A DNA stretch of 64,000 bases from an uncultured Oligoflexus sp. GTDB taxonomy: Bacteria > Bdellovibrionota_B > Oligoflexia > Oligoflexales > Oligoflexaceae. The stretch is from positions 24,449-88,448 of the forward strand of contig CAXSGP010000003.1 in NCBI GenBank assembly GCA_964236955.1, in the 5' to 3' direction. Under the pieces are notes generated by a model, which made no database searches, was not told the DNA's origin, and saw nothing but the letters and a program-made list of their open reading frames with translations. Every line of letters begins with the position of its first letter. The stretch's first letter is position 1. The position numbers and the translations under genes are program-made. Of the stretch, positions 9,516 through 20,018 are shown piece by piece.

Positions 9516-10619
9516 GTGTCTATGGGTTTTGAAAACGTAGCGGAGCGCACAAAAGCGATTGATGCGGCAGTCAGTTCCATAGAGAAGCAGTTCGGTAAGG
9601 GCGCCATTATGCGCCTTGGCACTGCGGAACAGGAAGCAAACAAAGTCGAAGCAATTTCGACAGGCTCGATCTCCCTCGATGCAGCGCTGGGAATAGGTGG
9701 TATTCCCCGTGGTCGTATCGTTGAGATTTATGGACCGGAGGCCAGTGGTAAAACCACTCTGACTCTTCACATTGCTGCAGAAGTTCAAAAGGCTGGTGGT
9801 GTCGCGGCTTTTGTTGATGCCGAGCATGCGCTTGATACATCGTATGCGAAACGCATTGGTGTCAACCTTGAAGAGCTGTTGGTGTCACAGCCAGACACCG
9901 GTGAGCAGGCTCTTGAGATCGTCGATATGCTGGTCCGTAGTGATGCGGTTAGTATTGTCATTGTCGACTCAGTGGCGGCTTTGACTCCTAAAGCTGAGAT
10001 CGAAGGTGAGATGGGTGACATGCATGTCGGTCTTCAGGCTCGACTTATGTCTCAGGCTTTGCGTAAGCTGACAGCATCGGTTGCGCGCTCGAACTGTACG
10101 GTCGTCTTCATCAATCAGATTCGTATGAAGATTGGTGTGATGTTTGGGAGTCCGGAAACGACGACTGGTGGTAACGCGCTGAAGTTCTATTCGTCGGTTC
10201 GACTCGATATTCGTCGTGTCGCATCGATCAAGCAGGGTGACGAAGTAATCGGTAACCACGTGCGTGTCAAAGTTGTTAAAAACAAAGTTTCGGCTCCTTT
10301 CCGGGAAGCTGAGTTCGATATCATGTTCGGTCAAGGTATCTCCAAAATTGGAGACCTTATCGATTTGGCGGCGACTCATGAGATCATCAGTAAAACTGGC
10401 GCTTGGTTCTCCTATAAAGAGCAGCGTCTTGGTCAAGGCCGTGAAAAAGCCAAAGAGTTCTTGGAAAGCAATCCTGAAACTCTAGCCACGATCGAAAATG
10501 CCCTTAAGATGAAACTGGGTTTTGGCCTTGAAAAGGTCACCACTGATAAGACGATCAATGCAGCTCCCGATCGTGGCGAATCCAAGCCTGCCCGTGCAAA
10601 AAAGGCTGATAAGGAATAG
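9516..10619 (+). CDS. recA: Recombinase RecA
   Basis: [54 protein letters not shown]. Confidence 0.99.
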   Translation: MSMGFENVAERTKAIDAAVSSIEKQFGKGAIMRLGTAEQEANKVEAISTGSISLDAALGIGGIPRGRIVEIYGPEASGKTTLTLHIAAEVQKAGGVAAFVDAEHALDTSYAKRIGVNLEELLVSQPDTGEQALEIVDMLVRSDAVSIVIVDSVAALTPKAEIEGEMGDMHVGLQARLMSQALRKLTASVARSNCTVVFINQIRMKIGVMFGSPETTTGGNALKFYSSVRLDIRRVASIKQGDEVIGNHVRVKVVKNKVSAPFREAEFDIMFGQGISKIGDLIDLAATHEIISKTGAWFSYKEQRLGQGREKAKEFLESNPETLATIENALKMKLGFGLEKVTTDKTINAAPDRGESKPARAKKADKE

Positions 10620-10621
10620 TC

Positions 10622-11116
10622 GTGAAGCAAGCTACTGAGTTGTTTCATAACGGTAGCTTAGATCTGAGGTCAAAGGACTGGCCTCGTCGCGAATCGGAAG
10701 AGAGGCTGAGTGTGAGCAAAGTTCTCCTGTTTCTACCCGTAACAATTATCGCTGATCAGGAATGCTGGCAAAGCATTCGTCAGTGGATGAGAACGGCCGG
10801 GCTTACTTGGGACAAAGTTCGCTGCACCCCAGCAAGTATCTATGAATCGTCGGTCAAGCAAAACGAAGTGAAGGCGGCTCTCAAGCTGCTGCGTAAAGGA
10901 AGTTTTGACAAAGTCGTCTTTGCCAGACTCCCGAATAACTACGAGACTAATCTTGACTGGCTTATGTTTGCAATCAGCTGTCAGACTCAAAAAGTAGTTC
11001 TCGAAACTCTTGATGGCCCCTTGACCTTACCGCCTAGTGCGCAAAAACTAGCGGCGCATTACAATACAATGGCTAAGAAGCCTTCTCCGACACCGTCTAA
11101 GTCTCAGGTTTTATAA
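10622..11116 (+). CDS. Hypothetical protein, possibly a degenerate resolvase (serine recombinase) catalytic-like domain; likely start GTG 10712
   Basis: Follows recA directly and shares its terminator; pattern LL.LLRKG.FD.VV.ARL ... V.LETL. Confidence 0.6.
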   Translation: MKQATELFHNGSLDLRSKDWPRRESEERLSVSKVLLFLPVTIIADQECWQSIRQWMRTAGLTWDKVRCTPASIYESSVKQNEVKAALKLLRKGSFDKVVFARLPNNYETNLDWLMFAISCQTQKVVLETLDGPLTLPPSAQKLAAHYNTMAKKPSPTPSKSQVL

Positions 11117-11132
11117 TCTTCCAAAGTTAATT

Positions 11133-11172
11133 ATAGTCTCTTTCCTTTTAGGAGAGAGGCTATTCTTTTTTT
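11133..11172 (+). terminator. Rho-independent terminator after recA operon
   Basis: ATAGTCTCTTTCC-TTTTA-GGAGAGAGGCTAT stem-loop with T tract. Confidence 0.8.
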
Positions 11173-11506
11173 GAACCGTCAGCTTTTAAAAAATTCAACT
11201 GATCAAACCACCCGCTGTTCAAGCCATCCAATAAATAAAAAACTCAAAAGAGCTACCCAACGGTCTTCTTAGAAAAATTGATGCCTGGAATGCATGGGGA
11301 GAAAGGGTAAGCAATATTTACCCGACTTTAAAAAAGGTGAGAGAAATTTTTGGAAAAAATTCGCTGAAAAGCAATGGGTAAATCTCAACTCTCATCTAGG
11401 CCGTGTCAAACCTAGTAAGTCAAAAGTTTAGTATTATGAAATTGAATTGGCTGGCCGACCAACTATGATTGTTAGTAGTACATAACCTTTGAGAGGAACT
11501 GAGAAG

Positions 11507-12388
11507 ATGCTAGCAAAACTATTGCGTTCGGTTTTAGCCGTTGCCTCCCTGGTAGGAAGTGCTGCGTATGCGGATTTTCTTCCTCCGAACAATTTGCATC
11601 TACAGGACAATAAACGTGCGGTTGCTAACATCACTGAAGCTCAGTTCAACGCCATCATTGATGAAGCCGTGGCCTACTATGAGCCATTCCTGAAAGTTCA
11701 TTTCAATAGTAAGCTGATCGTCAATCGTCGTTGGACAGATTCTACTGTCAACGCTAGCGCCACTCAGTATCTCAATTCATGGACGGTCAACATGTACGGG
11801 GGCTTGGCTAGACGGTCTGAAACAACCTTAGATGGCTTTGCCCTTGTGCTTTGCCATGAAATCGGTCACCACCTGGCCGGCTATCCTTTTGCATCGACAT
11901 GGGCTAGCGATGAAGGTGCTGCGGATTACTTTGCAACAGAAAGCTGCGCCCACGATCTGTGGAAAACTCAAATCGAGAAAAATGCTTTGGCACGCGCCGA
12001 AATCGGCGAATATCCAAAATCGCTTTGTGATGCATCCTGGAAGACTGAAGCCGATCAAAACCTTTGCTATCGGACGCTGCTGGGCGGAAAATCCCTTGCC
12101 AATCTCCTCTCTACTCTGGGTGGGACAACTGCTGACTGGACGACGTCTGATCCATCGGTTGTAAGTACGACGAACCACGCTCACCCAGCTGGTCAGTGCC
12201 GTTTGGATACCTACATCGAAGGCGCACTCTGTGTTCAAAAATTTGATGCCTCGGTCATTCCCGGCAAGGACCTTGGCAGCAAAAGAAATACGGCGGCCGC
12301 TGAAGAAGCGACAGGCAAATACACATGTTTGAGACAAGACTTTACTGTAGGTACAAGACCGCTTTGCTGGTTTAAGCCACTCCTTTAA
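11507..12388 (+). CDS. Secreted zinc metalloprotease-like protein (HExxH)
   Basis: Signal peptide ending AYA; VNA.A, CHEIGHH, EG.ADYFA, HP..QCRLDT; several Cys. Confidence 0.8.
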   Translation: MLAKLLRSVLAVASLVGSAAYADFLPPNNLHLQDNKRAVANITEAQFNAIIDEAVAYYEPFLKVHFNSKLIVNRRWTDSTVNASATQYLNSWTVNMYGGLARRSETTLDGFALVLCHEIGHHLAGYPFASTWASDEGAADYFATESCAHDLWKTQIEKNALARAEIGEYPKSLCDASWKTEADQNLCYRTLLGGKSLANLLSTLGGTTADWTTSDPSVVSTTNHAHPAGQCRLDTYIEGALCVQKFDASVIPGKDLGSKRNTAAAEEATGKYTCLRQDFTVGTRPLCWFKPLL

Positions 12389-12396
12389 TACACTTG

Positions 12397-12428
12397 GGGG
12401 AGGAAGCCCTAGGCTTCTTCTCTTCTTT
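12397..12428 (+). terminator. Probable terminator hairpin
   Basis: GGAGGAAGCC-CTA-GGCTTCTTC followed by pyrimidine run. Confidence 0.6.
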
Positions 12429-12529
12429 ATCCTCTCGCTAAGCTCTGCTCAAGTCCTACGCACTTCCCAAAGAAAGCCGCAAAGCCTCCCGATCGACCCA
12501 AGCAAAAAATGAACAATCCCATGCCTCCA

Positions 12530-14227
12530 TCAGCTGTGCTTTAGTATTCCTTTCGCACTCGCGGCACTATGGCGGGCAACGCGAGCATTCTTCAATTCTT
12601 CAGAATATTTTCCCTTCAGAAGTAAATAAAACATTCGCATAACATAAAAGGGCACCATGATCTGTATCGTGGCTTCTTTGACTGAAACGCTGCCGTCTCG
12701 AAAAAGATAATGTCCGGCGGTCCCAACCATACCTGAAATGAAAAACGGTAAAAGCCAATAACTTTCCCAGGTCACAAGCGCGGCGACAGGACCACCAAAA
12801 AAGAAAACCAGAGAAATAAAATGAAAGATGAAATTGCCGACATTGGTATGCCTTAAGACAAAGCGATGCCAGTCACTCATTTTTTTGCTATCCAAATGCA
12901 CAGGAATGGCCCAAGACCTAGGCTCAGGATGATCATGGACGAGTAGAGACGCACGGGTTGGCAAATGCCGCTCGGCGCTAACCTCTTCCCAATAATAGAG
13001 CGATTGGGCTTTAAACCGATATTTTAGAAATAGTCGGTTGGTCATCTGGCAGGTAAGCACAAAGCCCATCATCGCATCAAGGGCATGGCCTAACGAAGAC
13101 TTCACAGGGAGCCAAAGCCATAGGTATTGTATGATCTTGGTCAGGAGTGGCGAAAAGAGTTGGCCATGATCAAGTTCTTCAAGGCTCATGTAGGACTTGA
13201 AAATCACAGCCCCTGTCGGCGAGCGCATGATGTCTTTCCAGCTCACGCTCTCAACCGTTGCTATACGATTAACCTGAGCCCGAACAAGGATTTTGGGTGG
13301 GAGTGCAACTCGGAGATTCCTGTGAAGAAAATGAACAAGTAGGGACCGTGGAATACCATAACGTGGCCAAGGCCTTAACGTTTTGTCCACAGGCGTGGGC
13401 GCAGTCTGGTTCGTTCCGGAAAGCGCCGCAATCAGTTGACTTACCTTATCGACGGGAGTTTCCAGAATCCAGATGGCCTCATGAAGCTGTTTCGCTATCA
13501 TTTCCGCTGTTAAAGGCTTGGGCGTGAGTTCAACCGTGGGGTCAGCCTGAATTGGGTATTCTTTGTGATTTACAAAAAAGTGCTGTTCCTGTTTGCCCGA
13601 CTTATCGATAGTCAGGTAGGACCCGGCGGTCAAGGCTTTGATGCCGCCAAAGGGAGTCGCGGTGGGATGGCTCACACTCAGCAGAGACTCAGCAAAATAG
13701 CGCGGATTAAGGCGCTTTTCCAAGCCGATCTTAGTAAAAAAAGCTTTAGTCTCCGAAGCGATATAGGCGCGACCCTGTTGTTGGGTGATATAGAGTGAAG
13801 CCAATCCCAGACTATCGCGGGCAGCAATCAGAAGCTCTTTTTGAGAATCCCAAATCACAAAGGCAAATTTTCCGGAAAATTCTGTAAAACAGGCAGGGCC
13901 AAACTCTTCATAAGCAAAAAGCAGAATTTCGTTGTCAGACTGAGCTCCAAAGCGAAATCCTCGATCGCTTAATTTGCGCAGCCAAAGCGAACGATCCGTA
14001 AGCTTTGCATCCGCAATGAGAGTGACCGTCCCAGCCTTATTAAAAAGCGGTTCAAATCGATTGCCTGAACAATCTGTTTGACCAAGTCCAACGGAGCTTC
14101 CCAACAGGGCATAGGAGGCGCCTTCCGTCAAGCTCGGAGATAAAGCCCGCGCCATGCTTTTCAAATCTTCTGATTGAATATCAGGAGCTTTGGGGGACGT
14201 CCTATAAATGGCAAGGATTCCGCACAT
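12530..14227 (-). CDS. Asparagine synthetase B-like protein with degenerate synthetase domain, fused to a DUF962/Mpo1-like membrane domain
   Basis: MCGI start, SD.E.LL.AYEE.G, G.FAF.IWD, ARD.LG, ASE.KA; no SGGLDS; C-terminal H.N..N..FH ... GH..F. Confidence 0.75.
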   Translation of the reverse strand: MCGILAIYRTSPKAPDIQSEDLKSMARALSPSLTEGASYALLGSSVGLGQTDCSGNRFEPLFNKAGTVTLIADAKLTDRSLWLRKLSDRGFRFGAQSDNEILLFAYEEFGPACFTEFSGKFAFVIWDSQKELLIAARDSLGLASLYITQQQGRAYIASETKAFFTKIGLEKRLNPRYFAESLLSVSHPTATPFGGIKALTAGSYLTIDKSGKQEQHFFVNHKEYPIQADPTVELTPKPLTAEMIAKQLHEAIWILETPVDKVSQLIAALSGTNQTAPTPVDKTLRPWPRYGIPRSLLVHFLHRNLRVALPPKILVRAQVNRIATVESVSWKDIMRSPTGAVIFKSYMSLEELDHGQLFSPLLTKIIQYLWLWLPVKSSLGHALDAMMGFVLTCQMTNRLFLKYRFKAQSLYYWEEVSAERHLPTRASLLVHDHPEPRSWAIPVHLDSKKMSDWHRFVLRHTNVGNFIFHFISLVFFFGGPVAALVTWESYWLLPFFISGMVGTAGHYLFRDGSVSVKEATIQIMVPFYVMRMFYLLLKGKYSEELKNARVARHSAASAKGILKHS

Positions 14228-14381
14228 AGAGAACTCTTTTCCTAATTAGGGCGCTATGCTACCACTACGGGACGCAGGCTGTAAGGCAAAGTCCAAAGCA
14301 GCTTCCGCAATTTTATAATTTTACCCAATCAGAAGTAAACCATACACAGGATTTACTAATAATTCGTGACGGAGTACCCCA

Positions 14382-15278
14382 ATGGAAGGCGTAGCTAAAA
14401 GTTCCAACCTGGCCTGGCGACAATTCAAAGAAACACTCAGTCTTTTGGCGCTTGCCTTTCGCCCGAAGCGATCACGTGCCGATCTTGTCTACAATATGCT
14501 TGGGACTCACAACAATCTGGCTGAAAAGAGCCTTTTTTTGAATCTGGGATATTGGGCGCATGCGAAGTCTTATGACGCAGCATGCACGGCATTGGCGGAT
14601 GAGCTTGCTAAAGCTGCCGGGGTCAAAGAGGGTCAGAGACTCCTAGACGCGGGCTGTGGTTTCGGAGATGCAGCGGCATTCTGGAGCCAAAAATACAATC
14701 TCCCCAAGATTCAAGCGCTAAACATCACCAAGAGTCAGATCGATGTCGCCCGCAATCGATGGGCGGGCGAGGCGGTCGAATTTGTCGAAGGTTCGGCTAT
14801 GAGTATGCCGTTTGCCAATGCCGAATTTGATGCCGTTCTTGCTCTTGAATCCTCATTTCACTTTCCCGACCGTTTACAATTTTTCCGCGAAGCCTTGCGT
14901 GTGTTAAAGCCTGGGGGAACCCTCGCCATCGCTGATTTTTTTCCTTTGAATCAAAAAGTAGGCTTGGAACAGCGGCTCAAGGAGTGGGTAGGTCGAGGAT
15001 TTTGGCAGATTCCCAGCGCCAACTGGATTGCTTTACAAAGAGTGGAAGGGCAGATCAAGGGTTTGGGCTTTGAATCAGTTTCGATCCGGGATATTTCACC
15101 TTTCGTCTTTAAGCCCTTCAAATCTTTCGCTCAGAAACGAGTTGAGGACCCTCAAGTCGCAGCCAGGCTCCATCCCATGCTTCGTAAAGTCTGGGGGGGG
15201 GAGCACAGCGGGCTTGAACGCTCCCAATATATGATCATGGTGTTTAAGAAGGGCGGGAAGGTGGGTTTGGCCATGTAA
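14382..15278 (+). CDS. Class I SAM-dependent methyltransferase (EryG/McyJ-like)
   Basis: LNLGYW, LLDAGCGFG, ALES.FHF, RVLKPGG motifs. Confidence 0.88.
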   Translation: MEGVAKSSNLAWRQFKETLSLLALAFRPKRSRADLVYNMLGTHNNLAEKSLFLNLGYWAHAKSYDAACTALADELAKAAGVKEGQRLLDAGCGFGDAAAFWSQKYNLPKIQALNITKSQIDVARNRWAGEAVEFVEGSAMSMPFANAEFDAVLALESSFHFPDRLQFFREALRVLKPGGTLAIADFFPLNQKVGLEQRLKEWVGRGFWQIPSANWIALQRVEGQIKGLGFESVSIRDISPFVFKPFKSFAQKRVEDPQVAARLHPMLRKVWGGEHSGLERSQYMIMVFKKGGKVGLAM

Positions 15279-15310
15279 TGGGTTGCAGGGGGTTTGGAAG
15301 AGGTACGGCT

Positions 15311-15943
15311 CTAATAGCTGCTTTGGCCACCGTTTTCCAAAGGTATCCTTACGCCGCCTGAGATTCTTTTGATATCCTGGGCCTCGCCATTGGTCTTGTA
15401 TGCAGAGAAATAACTTTGCATCTCCACGCCTTTGCCGCCCAAGTCCTTGCAGTTGGACAGTAGCCTCAAGCCCGCCTGACGAAACTGAACGTTCAATTCA
15501 AACAGGTGTTTATGATCAAACCAGGCGGTTTTATTCGCTCCATTCGAAGCCTCAAGTATGGATAGACAAAGACGGAACTGCGCATGATGAGGATGACCTC
15601 TGGTATAACCACAGCGAGCCATGGCATCGCGTTCGGCTTGACTCAAAGTCATAAGTTCCTCGCGATTGAGGCCATCTTTGATCTTGATATTAAAACTGCC
15701 GTGAACCGATGCACTTTCAATATAGCGATAGGGATCCTCGCAAAAAGTTTGCCAATTGCCGATGCTTCGCAAGAGTCGGCTCATATCATCGCTTAGACTG
15801 TCGATAGCCTTTTGACTTTCAACGTCCCTTTCCTGCACATAGGTGTTGGTGATATCGCCATCTCTAAAGGTGTAGAGAACCGAAGCAAAGCTCAGGCTAG
15901 TGAGAATACCTGTAAACCAATACTGAGACGGTGTCGCTGGCAT
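15311..15943 (-). CDS. Hypothetical protein with N-terminal hydrophobic segment
   Basis: AGAGGA RBS before ATG 15943; ORF fills the gap between methyltransferase and glpD. Confidence 0.6.
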   Translation of the reverse strand: MPATPSQYWFTGILTSLSFASVLYTFRDGDITNTYVQERDVESQKAIDSLSDDMSRLLRSIGNWQTFCEDPYRYIESASVHGSFNIKIKDGLNREELMTLSQAERDAMARCGYTRGHPHHAQFRLCLSILEASNGANKTAWFDHKHLFELNVQFRQAGLRLLSNCKDLGGKGVEMQSYFSAYKTNGEAQDIKRISGGVRIPLENGGQSSY

Positions 15944-16248
15944 ATAGGTTCCTCTGTAAACGCGCATGGGAGAGGGTGATGGGCAGTTAAGGGAAGAATT
16001 GGACGAAGGCAACACCCCAGAAGGATCCGACTGGAGTCGGATTGAGCTAAATGACGGTTTGGGCCCGATGTATTCTTCTATATTAATATTTTGGCGCAGG
16101 CTTGCCAGCACGTCAATAGTGGGGGGATGGGCAGAGTCCTTCCTCTTCGTTAGACTGGAATGAGAGATCTCGGTTGGACCTATGCAAGCAGGCTCGGCTC
16201 AGGTTATTTTGCTTATTATCAGTTGATTCATGAGGCGATGACACCCCT

Positions 16249-17865
16249 ATGCGCTCAAAAATGGTTGTGGATCTGCAGACGGAAACTTTTGATGTCGCCA
16301 TAGTCGGAGGTGGTATTAATGGGGCGGTGGCGGCAGCTTCCCTTTCCGCTGCGGGACTTAAAGTCGCATTGCTAGAAAAAGGTGACTTTGCCTCGAGTAC
16401 AAGTCAGGAATCGTCAAATCTGGTCTGGGGCGGGATCAAGTATCTCGAGTCCTATGAATTCAGTCTGGTATGGGATCTCTGCCGGTCCCGTAATGAACTC
16501 ATGCAGAAGTTTCCGAGTTCCGTTCGGGAAATCAGGTTTTTTACTAGTTTGCAAAAAGGCTTCCGCAAGCCCCGCTTTATGGTTTTCCTAGGAGCTGTCC
16601 TCTACTGGTTCATGGGACGTTTCTTTACCCAGGCACCGCGGCTTCTCTCCAAGGCCGCGATCAATCGCGAAGAGCCTTTGGTGGAAACGAATAATAGTCA
16701 AGGTGGACTAGAATACTCCGACTGCTATCTCCGGGATAATGATGCCCGCTTCGTATTTCAATTCATGCGGCGCGCGATGCGATCCGGTGTGAAAGCCCTC
16801 AACTATGCGGAAGTCGTCAAAGCCGAGAAGAACGATCTCTGGACGTTCGAAGTTCTGAACCGAGAGTCACAGACTCGATTTGCCGTGAAGGCCAAAGTCT
16901 TTATCAATGCGGCTGGACCCTATGCGGATGCGCTCAATCAATTAGCAAATGTTAAGACCGTTCATCGCCATATCTTTTCCAAGGGTGTACACCTTATTGT
17001 TCCCCGACTCACTGAGAACAAGCGTGTGCTCACTTTTTTTGCCGACGATGGACGGCTCTTCTTCGTTATTCCCATGGGCGCTTGCTCGTGCATAGGGACG
17101 ACCGACACCCCGGTCGACACTCTTCCCGCTACGGTAACCGAGGACGACAGGAGCTTTATCCTCGATAATATCAATAAACGACTGCGTCTTAAAAAGCCGC
17201 TGACTCGAGCAGATGTTCTTTCGGAACGCTGTGGTGTGAGACCCCTCGTTAAAAAACAAAATGATAAGGTCGGTGTCGACGACGATTGGATGAACCTTTC
17301 CCGGAAACATGTGATCGAGACTCAGCAGCAGATTAGACATATCAGCGTGTTTGGTGGGAAACTTACCGACTGCCTCAATATTGGTCGTGAGATCTGTGCC
17401 GATGTCGAGGACCTCGGTCTCAAATTGAAGTTAACGGGCGACTGGTTTGGAGAAAGTCCTAATCGGGCAGCGTTTGAGGCAGAAGCTCATGAACTCGGTC
17501 TTGCAGCCATACAATTGGCTGGCGAGGGGACCTTGGTCGACAGGCTCTGGCGCTGTTACGATAGCGATGCGTTGGCGATTCTCAAGCTGATTCGGGAAGA
17601 TAAGAGTCTGCAAAAAGCGGTAAGTCCGCTGTCATCGGTCACTCTTGCCGAATTTATACACATGGCTGAACGCGAAATGGTTACCCACCTTGAGGACGCC
17701 TTAAGACGCAGGACTCGTTTGGCATTGGTCGTCCCGCATAATGAATTGGCATCCAGTGCCGATCTTCGTCGCGCCTGTGACCTGCTCTTTGGTGCCAACG
17801 GACAGAGAGAATGGGATCGTTATTTCAAATCTTCGACCGTGCCACCGGAGGGGGCCCATCGCTAG
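16249..17865 (+). CDS. glpD: FAD-dependent glycerol-3-phosphate dehydrogenase/oxidase
   Basis: GGGING, S.LVWGG.KYL, NDAR, NAAGP, KGVHL, IGTTD, GVRPL, GGKLT, RRTRL. Confidence 0.9.
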   Translation: MRSKMVVDLQTETFDVAIVGGGINGAVAAASLSAAGLKVALLEKGDFASSTSQESSNLVWGGIKYLESYEFSLVWDLCRSRNELMQKFPSSVREIRFFTSLQKGFRKPRFMVFLGAVLYWFMGRFFTQAPRLLSKAAINREEPLVETNNSQGGLEYSDCYLRDNDARFVFQFMRRAMRSGVKALNYAEVVKAEKNDLWTFEVLNRESQTRFAVKAKVFINAAGPYADALNQLANVKTVHRHIFSKGVHLIVPRLTENKRVLTFFADDGRLFFVIPMGACSCIGTTDTPVDTLPATVTEDDRSFILDNINKRLRLKKPLTRADVLSERCGVRPLVKKQNDKVGVDDDWMNLSRKHVIETQQQIRHISVFGGKLTDCLNIGREICADVEDLGLKLKLTGDWFGESPNRAAFEAEAHELGLAAIQLAGEGTLVDRLWRCYDSDALAILKLIREDKSLQKAVSPLSSVTLAEFIHMAEREMVTHLEDALRRRTRLALVVPHNELASSADLRRACDLLFGANGQREWDRYFKSSTVPPEGAHR

Positions 17866-17910
17866 AGCCGCTCGGGCCTAGACAAGAGGCTGGAAATTAG
17901 AAGCGAACGG

Positions 17911-17948
17911 ATTGAGTCCTCTCAGGGCTCAATTTTTTTTGCTTTTTT
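17911..17948 (+). terminator. Rho-independent terminator after glpD
   Basis: ATTGAGTCCT-CTC-AGGGCTCAAT followed by T tracts. Confidence 0.85.
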
Positions 17949-18484
17949 TGGACGTCAGCCTGCCAGTGCTGAAACGCGCTCTTAAGATCTTTTTAGCGCA
18001 TTTTCATAAGAATCTTGTACGTGGGGGTTAACTTTGTTATTCCCGAACCCATTGAAGGGATTAATGCTATGGGGTTCTTTTTTCTATGCCACAAGTTATT
18101 AGTTAAAAAGGCTAGCTGTGAAGACAGTAGAGAGGAACTCTGTTACAGTTTCGGTAACGTGGGCAATCGACCTTCAAATAAAGGCTAATTTTTAGACCCG
18201 TCCAAATTATTCTTGTTCCATTGTCAAGTCTGCCTGGGGGAATGCTAGGCACTTCCGCTTTTGTATGCCGCCTTGCCGGACCTGGGCTGTTTAATGAGAA
18301 TCATAAGTTTTTTAGTTGAGTGTGCTTTTGTTTTTTCCCGTAAGATTTTGTATGTTCGCTTTGGTAGGAAAGGGACATAATGCGCCTTGCTTATCGAACT
18401 GAGATCGATAGAATTTTTTAGTTTTCGGCAAATTGACCTATATTTCTTGGCGGTTTCTCTTCAGGCTGAAAGGATACGTAGCAC

Positions 18485-18871
18485 ATGTGGGTCGATCCAG
18501 ATTCCTTCCATTATCTCCCGGTACTCATTCTTATGATCATTGGTGGTGTTGTAGGTGTTAGCCTTCTCCTCTTAAACTCCATCATGGGTGGTAAAGGGAA
18601 GTACTCCGAGTCCGCCAAATTTGAGGTCTATGAATGCGGCGTTCCTCCTGAAGGCAATGCTCGCCAGCAGTTTTCGGTACGTTATTACGTCGTCGGTATC
18701 GTCTTTCTTCTATTCGATGTGGAAGTCGTTTTCATGTATCCATGGGCCGTAGTCTATAAAAGATTCCTGACCCAGGGAAACTTCATCCTGACTCAGATGA
18801 TTAGCTTTTTTATCATTTTGCTCGTGGGATACTTCTACCTGTTAGGCCGTAAGGGCCTCGACTGGGATTGA
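18485..18871 (+). CDS. nuoA: NADH-quinone oxidoreductase subunit A
   Basis: YECG, FDVE..F.YPWA. Confidence 0.96.
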   Translation: MWVDPDSFHYLPVLILMIIGGVVGVSLLLLNSIMGGKGKYSESAKFEVYECGVPPEGNARQQFSVRYYVVGIVFLLFDVEVVFMYPWAVVYKRFLTQGNFILTQMISFFIILLVGYFYLLGRKGLDWD

Positions 18872-18894
18872 TTGCCTTTCAGGAGACTTGAATC

Positions 18895-19470
18895 ATGTCA
18901 AAAGATGGAAGTGCAGGCTTTATTCCAACTCGGTTGGATTATGCAGTTAAATGGGCTCAAAAAAATTCACTTTGGCCGTTTACATTCGGTACTTCATGCT
19001 GCGGAATCGAATTGATGTCGACTCTGTCAGGCACTTATGACCTTGCGCGCTTTGGTGCCGAAGTCGTCCGCTTCTCGCCAAGGCAGGCCGATATGCTGAT
19101 CGTCGCCGGTACGATCACCACTAAAATGTCCCCAGTGCTCCGTCAGGTTTATGATCAGATGCTTGAACCTAAATGGGTCATCGCCATGGGCGCTTGTTCG
19201 TCCTCCGGTGGAATCTTCGATACCTATTCCGTTTTACAGGGCATTGACGAAATAATGCCGGTCGATATTTACGTGCCGGGCTGCCCGCCTATTCCAGAGG
19301 GACTTATTCACGCGATTATGAAATTGCAGGACCTCGTCCAAACCGGCGGCAAACGGCCCGCTATGCACCGTTTGACCAGAGCGGAAGCCAATGATGCGAT
19401 GAGTTTCCGCAGGGAAACTCAGGAGAATTTGTTCGACGATTCGAAACCGCTTAAGGGGCAGTTGAAATGA
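18895..19470 (+). CDS. nuoB: NADH-quinone oxidoreductase subunit B
   Basis: CCGIE, SPRQAD, MGAC, PGCPP. Confidence 0.97.
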   Translation: MSKDGSAGFIPTRLDYAVKWAQKNSLWPFTFGTSCCGIELMSTLSGTYDLARFGAEVVRFSPRQADMLIVAGTITTKMSPVLRQVYDQMLEPKWVIAMGACSSSGGIFDTYSVLQGIDEIMPVDIYVPGCPPIPEGLIHAIMKLQDLVQTGGKRPAMHRLTRAEANDAMSFRRETQENLFDDSKPLKGQLK

Positions 19471-20018
19471 GCAAACTCAGTCCCAAAATACTTGCTGAAC
19501 AGGACAGAGTTCACGGCCTTGCCCTCGAAATTTATCGTGGCAATCGAGTCGAGCGCGATGTCAACGCGGAGACGGTTCTCTGGGTCGATTCCCCGTCCGA
19601 ACTGATTCAGGCAATCAAGACGCTCCGCATTGAAACCGGTCTGCAGATGGATCGATTGTCCGATATCACCGCCTATGAAAATATCGATGGCCGCGACGGA
19701 CCCAAACGCTTCATCATGGTCTACCAGCTCTATTCCATGCGTTTTAATGCACGAATTCGCGTTAAGGTCGCTCTTGCCGAAAGCGAAAAGGTGCCGACCC
19801 TGACGAGCTTCTGGCGAGCCGCCAACTGGCTGGAGCGCGAAGTCTACGATATGTTCGGCATCGTTTTTGATGACCACCCTGATCTCCGCCGCATCCTGAT
19901 GGACGAACGCTTCGTGGGCCATCCTTTGCGTAAGGAGTACGATATGAAAGACCGGCAGCCTTTTCCTGATAGCTTACCCGTTCGTATCGCCGCTCGGGCC
20001 GGGCAGGAGTCTAAATGA
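19467..20018 (+). CDS. nuoC: NADH-quinone oxidoreductase subunit C
   Basis: [29 protein letters not shown]. Confidence 0.96.
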   Translation: MSKLSPKILAEQDRVHGLALEIYRGNRVERDVNAETVLWVDSPSELIQAIKTLRIETGLQMDRLSDITAYENIDGRDGPKRFIMVYQLYSMRFNARIRVKVALAESEKVPTLTSFWRAANWLEREVYDMFGIVFDDHPDLRRILMDERFVGHPLRKEYDMKDRQPFPDSLPVRIAARAGQESK

